Assembly: GCA_030682405.1 (NCBI GenBank)
Contig: JAUXOF010000060.1
Coordinates: 1-55,154, forward strand
Origin: Thermodesulfovibrionales bacterium
GTDB taxonomy: Bacteria > Nitrospirota > Thermodesulfovibrionia > Thermodesulfovibrionales > JdFR-86
Reading direction: 5' to 3'
DNA: 55,154 nucleotides
Position numbers and translations under genes: made by a program. The first letter of the stretch is position 1. The number at the start of each line of letters is the position of its first letter. The notes below the pieces were generated by a model. That model worked only from the letters and a program-made list of their open reading frames with translations, did no database searches and was not told the origin of the DNA. Shown piece by piece: positions 47,792 to 55,154 of the stretch.

Positions 47792-49056
47792 GCCCCGCAA
47801 GATATCCCGGAGTAAAGGGGGTGGAGGACATCCTGCCTCCGGACACTTATTTGCTTCAGGAGATGGAGGCCGCCATGAGAGAGGCATTCTCCCTCTACGG
47901 CTTCAAGGAACTCAGGATACCCGTAATAGAGTTCACGGACGTCTTCACAAGGAGCATCGGCGAGACCTCGGACATAGTGGAAAAGGAGATGTACACCTTC
48001 CTTGACAGGGCCGGAAGGAGCATAACGCTCCGGCCCGAGGGCACGGCATCCGTGGTCAGGTGCTATGTGGAAAAACACCTCTACAACCTCCCGGCCCCCC
48101 AGAAGTTCTTTTATTCCGGCCCGATGTTCAGGTACGAAAGGCCGCAGAAAGGCCGTCAAAGGCAGTTCTATCAGATAGGCGCTGAGGCGTTCGGCGTTGA
48201 GGAGCCGAAGATGGATGCCGAGGTGATCTCCATGCTGGTGATGTTCCTTAAGGGGATAGGGCTTGAGGGTTTCAGGGTAGAGTTAAACTCCATCGGGTGC
48301 AAAAACTGCAGGCCCGCCTACAGGGAGGCGCTGAGGGGCGCCTTTGCTCCCGGTCTCGGCTCCCTCTGCCCGGACTGCCAAAGAAGATATGAGCTAAACC
48401 CCCTCCGCATACTGGACTGCAAGGTGGACAAATGCCGGGAGTTGCGCAAGGGAGCGCCCCTCGTTACGGACTCCTTATGCCCCGAATGCAGGGAGCACTT
48501 CAGGGAGCTTAAGTCCCTCCTCGATATGCTCGGCATCCGTTATGAGCTTAACCCGGAGATGGTCAGGGGGCTTGACTACTACAGCCGGACGACCTTTGAG
48601 GTGACGAGCGACCGGCTCGGAAGCCAGAGCGCGGTTGCCGCAGGAGGCAGATACGACGGGCTTGTGGAGGAGTTCGGAGGGCCGGCCACTCCGGCCATAG
48701 GATTTGCAATAGGCGTGGAGAGGTTGATTTATCTTCTGAAGGAAAGGGAGTTAGACATTCCCCTGCCGGATGTCTTCATAGCAGCGATAGGCCCTGCCGC
48801 AAACAGGGAGGCCGTCAGGCTGGCCGGGAGGCTCAGGGCGGAAGGGGCATGGGTTGAGCTCGGCTATGGGGGTGCGTCGCTTAAGAGCCAGATGAGGAGG
48901 GCCGACAGGCTCGGGGCGGCCTATGCCTTCATAATCGGCGACGATGAGCTCGGCGCGGGCGTGTTTAAATGGAAGTCACTTAAAGATGGAAGCGCCGGGG
49001 AAATATCCGGGGCCGATGCGCCCGGGTTTATAAAAAGCCGAAAAAATAGGCTATAA
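47788..49056 (+). CDS. hisS: Histidyl-tRNA synthetase
   Basis: LRPEGTA, FRYERPQKGR, RGLDYY, GGRYD. Confidence 0.98.
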   Translation: MSPARYPGVKGVEDILPPDTYLLQEMEAAMREAFSLYGFKELRIPVIEFTDVFTRSIGETSDIVEKEMYTFLDRAGRSITLRPEGTASVVRCYVEKHLYNLPAPQKFFYSGPMFRYERPQKGRQRQFYQIGAEAFGVEEPKMDAEVISMLVMFLKGIGLEGFRVELNSIGCKNCRPAYREALRGAFAPGLGSLCPDCQRRYELNPLRILDCKVDKCRELRKGAPLVTDSLCPECREHFRELKSLLDMLGIRYELNPEMVRGLDYYSRTTFEVTSDRLGSQSAVAAGGRYDGLVEEFGGPATPAIGFAIGVERLIYLLKERELDIPLPDVFIAAIGPAANREAVRLAGRLRAEGAWVELGYGGASLKSQMRRADRLGAAYAFIIGDDELGAGVFKWKSLKDGSAGEISGADAPGFIKSRKNRL

Positions 49057-49069
49057 TAGGCATAATCCT

Positions 49070-50026
49070 ATGGGAAAACTGAAAGGCATATTTCCGGGTC
49101 TGACGGTAACGCTTCTTGTAGCGATAATATCCTTTCTGACGTCCTCCCTGCACCAGTCTTTTGACCTTCTGGTCATATCCATAGTATTCGGGATGCTTGT
49201 CTCAAGCCTGCTCGGTGAAAAGGAGGTGTTTTTGGACGGCATAAATGCGGCCCTCAGGTTTTTCCTGCCGATAGGCATAGGCATTTACGGGCTGCAGCTT
49301 GAATTCGGCGGTGCGGAGATGAAGTTCTGGCCGATAGTGGCCGGTGTTTTCATCGTTGCCTTCTTCACCACCTATTTCGTATCAAGGGCCTTCGGCCTTG
49401 ACAGGACGCTATCGGTGCTCTTGGGCTCGGGGATGTCCATATGCGGGGCATCGGCCATTGTCGTAGTGGCGCCGCTTCTTGATTCCAAAAAAGAGGATAC
49501 ATCCATAGCCCTCATATCCATACTTACGGTCGGGCTTACCGGCATGCTCATTTACAAGTTTCTTCCCCAGATGACGGGTATTTCGCCGCTGAAATTCGCA
49601 ATCCTTTCCGGCACGACGCTGCCCATGTTCGGTCAGGTAAAGGTCGCAGCAGCAGCCCTCGGCCCTGAGGTCCTTTCGCTTGCGGTAAAGCTGAAGCTCC
49701 TCAGAATATCTTTTCTCATATTTCTTGCCTGCGGGGTCCTCTTTTTTATGGGGAGGCGGAAAAAGAGGTTCTATATCCCGTGGTTTATGGTATTGTTTTT
49801 CGTGCTCGCGGCTGCGGTGAATTTTTCGGAAACGGTTGCCGGCATCAGGGGGGCAGTTGAGCCTGTCGGCAGGTTCTCCCTCGCCACGGCGCTTGCCGCC
49901 ATAGGGCTTTCCATAGATGTGGATTCAATAACCGACAAGGGCGCAAGTCCCCTGCTGGTTGTCTTCCTCTCATGGGGCATAATTGTGACAATGGTTTTCC
50001 TTATACTGAACGTAATCAATGTTTAA
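49070..50026 (+). CDS. YeiH / putative sulfate exporter family membrane protein
   Basis: SICGASAI and KLLR motifs; about 10 TM helices. Confidence 0.85.
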   Translation: MGKLKGIFPGLTVTLLVAIISFLTSSLHQSFDLLVISIVFGMLVSSLLGEKEVFLDGINAALRFFLPIGIGIYGLQLEFGGAEMKFWPIVAGVFIVAFFTTYFVSRAFGLDRTLSVLLGSGMSICGASAIVVVAPLLDSKKEDTSIALISILTVGLTGMLIYKFLPQMTGISPLKFAILSGTTLPMFGQVKVAAAALGPEVLSLAVKLKLLRISFLIFLACGVLFFMGRRKKRFYIPWFMVLFFVLAAAVNFSETVAGIRGAVEPVGRFSLATALAAIGLSIDVDSITDKGASPLLVVFLSWGIIVTMVFLILNVINV

Positions 50027-53000
50027 AAACAGGCTGGCATATAAGCTCCTTGTGGTGTTCCTCGTGTTTGCGCTTGCGGTCATAGCGCCCCTCTCCCTTA
50101 TCCTCTATTACGATTCGGTCAGCATGATACAGGACATCGAGAGGGTTGCGTTCCTTCTGCCCGAGCAAAAGGCCATCCACGACGGCTTTGAAACTCAGGT
50201 GATAGACACCTTTGTTTCGCTCGTTTTTTACATATTCATCCTCTCCTTCATAGCCTCCCTTTTTCTTTCCCGCAGGTTCCTCATGCCGGTAAGAGAGCTT
50301 TACAGGGGGGCAAAGGCCATTGAAGAAGGCGTCCTCGATATGAGGCTCGATGTCAAATCCGACGACGAACTGGGGGCGGTGACAAAGGCGTTCAACGACA
50401 TGGCCGCCGGCCTTAAGGAAAAGACTAATGCGCTCATGAGAAAGGACATCTATGTCAATTCCATGCTGGACCCGCTCTGGGTCGTGGATATGGATAATAT
50501 AATAACCGACATAAACCCCGCTTTCACGAGGCTTTTGGGCTACACCATAGATGAAGTCATAGGCGCCTCTATATTCGATTTCCTCGACGAAGAAAACGAA
50601 AAGGTTATGAGGACCCAGCTTTCAAAAAGAGACGAGGGGATTTCTTCGAGCTACGGCATATCCATAATCTCCAAAAACGAGGGTCTCATTCCTGTGCTGA
50701 TAAGCGGCGCCCCTGTGGTGGAGAACGGGGAGGTGGTCGCAAAGATAGGGATAATCAAGGACTTCAGGGCGGAGGTTGCCCTTAGGGACGCCCTCAAGGA
50801 GGAGAAAGACCACAGCGAGGCAATCATGGACAGCCTCGTGGACGTGCTCGTTGTCATCAACAGGGACATGAGGATAATAAAGGCCAACAGGGCGGCCATA
50901 GCCACGGCCGGGGAGGATATTACCGGGAGGTTCTGCCACGAGATATTCCATAAGCTACCGGAGAGCTGCTTTATACGGGGCATGGACTGTCCCGTAAAGG
51001 TGGTGTTTGAGACCGGCCGGAGTTATAAAACCGTTCATGAGCATGTAGAGGCAGGAAATGTTAAGGTGTTCCACGAGATAACAGCCTTCCCGGTAAAAAG
51101 CAGCGGCAGCGAGATTATAAATGTCGTCGAACTTATAAGGGACATAACCGAAAAGAAGAGCTTCGAGGACGAGATAGCCCAGAGGAACAAAGAGCTTGTA
51201 ACCTTAAACAGCATCTCAAGGATGCTGAGCCATTCCCTGAGGGCGGAGGACATATTCAACAATGTCCTTGAAAAGGTGATTGACATGCTCCGCATGGACG
51301 GAGGCGGAATATACTTCCTCGACGAGGCAGGCAGGGAGCTGATATGCAGGTATCAGAAGGGCGCCTCGGAGGATTTCATGCGGGGCGTAGCGAGGGTCAG
51401 GGTGGGAGAGGACATCCCGGGCAGGGTTGCGGTCACGGGCCAGAGCATAGTCTCGCCCGATATACTGAAGGATGAGAGGGTGGAGAAGTCCATACTGAGG
51501 CATTCTGGCATCAGGGGGCTGGCCGCCATCCCGGTGAAGGGCAAGGAAAAGCTTATGGGCGTCTTTTATATATTCAGCTTCAGCCCGCGCATATTCACGC
51601 CTGAGGACGAGAGGATACTTGATTCCGTAGGCGAGATGGCGGGCATGGCGTTTGAGAACATCAGGCTTTATGAAAAGATGCGCGAGCTTTACGAGCACCA
51701 GAGGAAGCGCAGGGCCGCCGAACAGCAAAACCTCCTCATGTTTGCCTCGCTGCTTTCAGACACGCTGGATATAAATACCGTGCTTGATTCCGCGGTCTCG
51801 GCCATAAAGGATACGAGCAAGGCCGATTTTGTGTGGCTTCTTCAGGCGGATGAGACAGGGAATCTCCTCTTAAGCAGCGCCTCTCAGGAGGCCGGGGCAA
51901 AAGGGGGGATGGTATATTCCCGTGATACAAGCTCGATAGAGAGATATTCCATGGAAAAGAGAAAGCCCATCGTCTTTTCGGAGCTTGTAACGGAGTCGAG
52001 ATTCTATCTCTCGGAATACCTGAGCGGCTACAACACCGCGTGCTCCATCCCGGTGTACGTGGGCAATAAAACGCTCGGCGCCTTCACGCTTTATTTCAGG
52101 GGGTTCACCATACTGCCGGAGGAGGATATCTTTTTCCTTCAGACCGCCGGGAATATCCTTGCGGTCTCCATGGAAAGGGCAAGGCTCTACGAGGAGGTAA
52201 TAATAGAAAAGGGAATGGCCGATGCCATACTTCAGAGCATCGCCGACGGCATAATGACGGTTGATACGGACGGCAGGGTCGTTTCTATGAACAGGGCGGC
52301 CAAGGCCATGACCGGTCTTCCCTATGCCCTTGATGAACCGGTGGGGAGGCCGTGCTGCGATATCTTCGGCTACTCGCCCGAAAATACCGAGCTCAGATGG
52401 GCGCTCGGCGAGTGCCTTGAGGAGGCCGTCTTAAAGAGGGTCTCGGCGCGGGAGGCCGAACTCTTCACCGCGGGCGGGAGGAAGCTTCCCATAGAAATAA
52501 ACAGCGCGCCTGTGACGGACAAGGAGGGAAAGGTCGCGGGGGTCGTTTACGTCCTAAGGGACAAGAGCAGGGAAAAAGAGATGGACACGATGAAAACCGA
52601 ATTTGTCAGGGCGGTGTCCCACGAGTTCAGAACCCCGCTTTCCGCAATTGTGGGCATGGCCGAGATGCTTATGGATGGGGAGGTCGGGCGGGACCGGCAA
52701 AGGGAATACCTCAACACCATACTGCTTGAGGGCAGGAGGCTCTCCGATATGGTCTCCGAACTGCTTGATGTCGCAAGGATAGAAAGCGGCAAGGAGGTCT
52801 TCAGGGAAAGCGAGATTGACTTTAAGGCCGTGCTTGAGGACATAAGGGAGGCGTTCAACCCTGTTATACTCAAAAAAGAAATGAAATTTTCCACAAGGCT
52901 TGAGGAGGAAATAAAAGGCTACAAGGGAGACAAGGACAAGATAAAGCAGATGCTCATGAATCTCGTGGACAACTCGCTGACATACTCGGACGGGGGGTGC

Positions 53001-53267
53001 GCGGTAGAGGTGAACGTCGGAAGGCACGGCGATGCGGTCAGGATACAGGTAAGAGACGAGGGATGGGGGATACCCGACGAGGACATGGGGCATTTAGGCG
53101 AAAAGTTCTACAGGGGCAGACACGGCTTATCCACCAAGGGGACAGGGCTTGGGCTTTCCCTATGCAGGGAGATTGCAAAGATGCACGGCGGGGACTTGCA
53201 TATAGAAAGCGCTGCCGGAGAGGGCACCACGGTTACCGTGGAAATTCCATTAAGGAGGAAAGAGTGA
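50019..53267 (+). CDS. Sensor histidine kinase (TM-HAMP-PAS-PAS-GAF-GAF-PAS-HisKA-HATPase)
   Basis: DELGAVTKAFN HAMP, SHEFRTPL H-box, N box, DEGWGI, GTGLGL. Confidence 0.95.
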   Translation: MFKNRLAYKLLVVFLVFALAVIAPLSLILYYDSVSMIQDIERVAFLLPEQKAIHDGFETQVIDTFVSLVFYIFILSFIASLFLSRRFLMPVRELYRGAKAIEEGVLDMRLDVKSDDELGAVTKAFNDMAAGLKEKTNALMRKDIYVNSMLDPLWVVDMDNIITDINPAFTRLLGYTIDEVIGASIFDFLDEENEKVMRTQLSKRDEGISSSYGISIISKNEGLIPVLISGAPVVENGEVVAKIGIIKDFRAEVALRDALKEEKDHSEAIMDSLVDVLVVINRDMRIIKANRAAIATAGEDITGRFCHEIFHKLPESCFIRGMDCPVKVVFETGRSYKTVHEHVEAGNVKVFHEITAFPVKSSGSEIINVVELIRDITEKKSFEDEIAQRNKELVTLNSISRMLSHSLRAEDIFNNVLEKVIDMLRMDGGGIYFLDEAGRELICRYQKGASEDFMRGVARVRVGEDIPGRVAVTGQSIVSPDILKDERVEKSILRHSGIRGLAAIPVKGKEKLMGVFYIFSFSPRIFTPEDERILDSVGEMAGMAFENIRLYEKMRELYEHQRKRRAAEQQNLLMFASLLSDTLDINTVLDSAVSAIKDTSKADFVWLLQADETGNLLLSSASQEAGAKGGMVYSRDTSSIERYSMEKRKPIVFSELVTESRFYLSEYLSGYNTACSIPVYVGNKTLGAFTLYFRGFTILPEEDIFFLQTAGNILAVSMERARLYEEVIIEKGMADAILQSIADGIMTVDTDGRVVSMNRAAKAMTGLPYALDEPVGRPCCDIFGYSPENTELRWALGECLEEAVLKRVSAREAELFTAGGRKLPIEINSAPVTDKEGKVAGVVYVLRDKSREKEMDTMKTEFVRAVSHEFRTPLSAIVGMAEMLMDGEVGRDRQREYLNTILLEGRRLSDMVSELLDVARIESGKEVFRESEIDFKAVLEDIREAFNPVILKKEMKFSTRLEEEIKGYKGDKDKIKQMLMNLVDNSLTYSDGGCAVEVNVGRHGDAVRIQVRDEGWGIPDEDMGHLGEKFYRGRHGLSTKGTGLGLSLCREIAKMHGGDLHIESAAGEGTTVTVEIPLRRKE

Positions 53268-53641
53268 GCAAGGTTATTATCATTGACGATGAGCCGTTCA
53301 TACTGATGATGGTGGAGGACAAGCTCAAAAGGGCGGGGATTAAGGTCGTCACCCTCAGGGAAAGCGTAAATGCCGTAGATGTCATAAGGAAAGAGTCCCC
53401 TGACCTCATAATACTGGATTGGATGATGCCAGAGGTAAGCGGCATAGAGGTTTGCAGAAGGCTCAAGGCGGACCCCGACCTTGCGGCCATCCCCATCTTC
53501 ATGCTTACCGCCAAAGGGCAGGAGGAAGATGAAAAGCAGGGGCTCATCTGCGGGGTGGAAAGATACATAACCAAACCCTTCAGCCCCAAGGTGCTTCTTG
53601 ACCATGTGCTTGAGACGCTCGGCAGGCAGGGAAGCCGGTAA
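53264..53641 (+). CDS. Single-domain response regulator
   Basis: IIDD, LDWMMP, LTAK, TKPF; GTG start overlaps the kinase stop; SD AGGAGG. Confidence 0.93.
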   Translation: MSKVIIIDDEPFILMMVEDKLKRAGIKVVTLRESVNAVDVIRKESPDLIILDWMMPEVSGIEVCRRLKADPDLAAIPIFMLTAKGQEEDEKQGLICGVERYITKPFSPKVLLDHVLETLGRQGSR

Positions 53642-53678
53642 TCTCTCTTGATTTTCACCCGCGTGGGGACAGGGCTGG

Positions 53679-55058
53679 CTACCCCACGATATCGAGTTTT
53701 CTAATCCTCAGCTTGACCCCGAGTTTCTCCGTAATCTCCCTGCACTTCCCTATGTCAACGCCTTCTCCTTCCACAACGCTTGCCTCGACATCGGGTATGT
53801 ACTGCTTTGCATCCTTTATGAATTCCACCACCGCATCGAATGCGCGGTCAAACACCGGCCTGCACAGCCTCTTGTAAGTCTCCTCGTCATGGGCATCAAG
53901 GCTTACGGATATGGCATCCACGATGCCCTTAAGCTCCGGGAGTATGTTTCTTTTGTGTATCAGGTTCCCGTGGCCGTTGGTGTTTATCCTCACCCTCCCC
54001 CCCGTCTTTTTAATCCATGCGGCCGTCTCCTTCACCGCATCAAGCCTCAGAAGCGGCTCGCCGTACCCGCAGAAGACAACCTCCCTGTATCTCTTCGGGT
54101 CGCCGATGGCTGCCTTAAGTTTTCTAACGGATGGCTCCTCCGCAAGCCTCAGGCGGTGTCCCTTTACGTAGTCCGAATGGAGACTGATGCAGAAGGAGCA
54201 CCGGTTCGTGCACCTGTTGGTGATGTTCAGATACAGGCTGTCCCGTATCCCGTAGGCTATCTCGCCCTCCTCAGGCATTTCCCCTATGCCGAAGAGCCTC
54301 CTTGCATTGAGCGTCGTAATGCGGGCGATGTCCCTTGCGCTTACTCCCCTGAGCCTTGCCAATTCCCCTGCTATGTGCATCACATATGAAGGCTCGTTTC
54401 TTTTTCCCCTCAGAGGCTCCGGCGTAAGATAGGGCGCATCCGTCTCTATCAGGAGATAATCGTCCGGTATCTCAAGGGCAATCTCCTTAAGCCCCTTTGC
54501 GTTTTTGAATGTGACCGGCCCTGCAAATGATATATAAAAGCCCATTGACATTGCCTCCTCCGCCGCCTTCATGCCGCCGGAAAAACAATGCATCACCCCC
54601 TTTGTCAGCCCGGATTCCTTGAGTATGGCCATGGTGTCGGCCTCGGCCTCCCTGCTGTGGACTATGACCGGAAGGCCCTTTCTAACGGCAAGGGCTGCCT
54701 GCCTTCTGAAGACCTCCTGCTGCTTTTCTTTGGGCGAGTGCATGTAGTGGTAGTCAAGCCCTGTCTCTCCAACTGCAACGGCTTTTTTGTGCGATGCCCA
54801 TTCCGAAAGCCGATTGAAGACGTCCTCGTTGAAGTCCTTTGCATCATGGGGGTGAAGCCCCGCGGAGCAGTATACAAAGTCGTGTTCTTCGGCAAGTTTT
54901 ATGGCAAGCGGGTTGCTTTGGAGGTCGGATGCGATTGTGATTACAGCCTCAAGCCCCGCATCCTTGGCCCTTTTTATGACCTCTCCGCGGTCAGGGTCGA
55001 ACTGCCCCATCTCAAGATGGCAGTGGGTGTCTATCAAAGATAATTCTTCATCGGGCAT
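53679..55058 (-). CDS. tatD: TatD nuclease fused to a TatD-associated radical SAM domain
   Basis: DTHCH, GETGLD, ETDAP, then YLNITNRCTNRCSFC and FCGYGEP. Confidence 0.95.
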   Translation of the reverse strand: MPDEELSLIDTHCHLEMGQFDPDRGEVIKRAKDAGLEAVITIASDLQSNPLAIKLAEEHDFVYCSAGLHPHDAKDFNEDVFNRLSEWASHKKAVAVGETGLDYHYMHSPKEKQQEVFRRQAALAVRKGLPVIVHSREAEADTMAILKESGLTKGVMHCFSGGMKAAEEAMSMGFYISFAGPVTFKNAKGLKEIALEIPDDYLLIETDAPYLTPEPLRGKRNEPSYVMHIAGELARLRGVSARDIARITTLNARRLFGIGEMPEEGEIAYGIRDSLYLNITNRCTNRCSFCISLHSDYVKGHRLRLAEEPSVRKLKAAIGDPKRYREVVFCGYGEPLLRLDAVKETAAWIKKTGGRVRINTNGHGNLIHKRNILPELKGIVDAISVSLDAHDEETYKRLCRPVFDRAFDAVVEFIKDAKQYIPDVEASVVEGEGVDIGKCREITEKLGVKLRIRKLDIVG

Positions 55059-55154
55059 GAAAAATTATAACACGACAAAACCGCCTGAGTGGTTAATGAA
55101 TTTGCCAAGAAAGTTGCTCCTGTTCTATCCCCCTTTACACTTCCCTGAAATCTG

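Noticed and set aside
47347-48159. 270-aa minus-strand ORF and similar antisense ORFs throughout
   Set aside because: They overlap well-supported genes on the opposite strand.
52997-53263. N-terminal extension of the response regulator
   Set aside because: It overlaps the kinase in another frame; the SD supports GTG 53264.

Overview
A 55 kb bacterial chromosomal segment, mostly housekeeping genes. Gene content and repeat types suggest Nitrospirota (Thermodesulfovibrionia-like); this is an inference. Core genes include parAB, galE, bioD, murJ, tyrS, comM, ftsEX-envC-ctpA, transaldolase, larE, RNase G, a B12 radical SAM, dGTPase, bamD, galT, coaX, birA, yggS-proC-yggT-divIVA-hisS, a large sensor kinase with its response regulator, and a TatD-radical SAM fusion. 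Four visibly AT-rich candidate defence insertions interrupt the core: a type II-like R-M pair, an orphan PD-(D/E)xK-like gene, an HNH fusion gene, and a DUF6978/DUF1828-like pair. There are also three toxin-antitoxin modules and several small non-autonomous repeat elements. The most notable structure is a shared ~95-110 bp element upstream of two unrelated nuclease cargoes. It looks like the 3' end of an IS256-like transposase plus its terminal repeat, and it carries an outward sigma70 promoter. The HNH gene is bracketed by 34-bp inverted repeats in an inside-out arrangement. The R-M pair is separately bracketed by 22-bp inverted repeats. Other observations are a convergent RelE/AbrB pair, a MITE-bracketed PAS/HD-GYP module, and leaderless-type promoters at many operon starts. 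No tRNA, rRNA, CRISPR array or intact transposase/integrase was seen.
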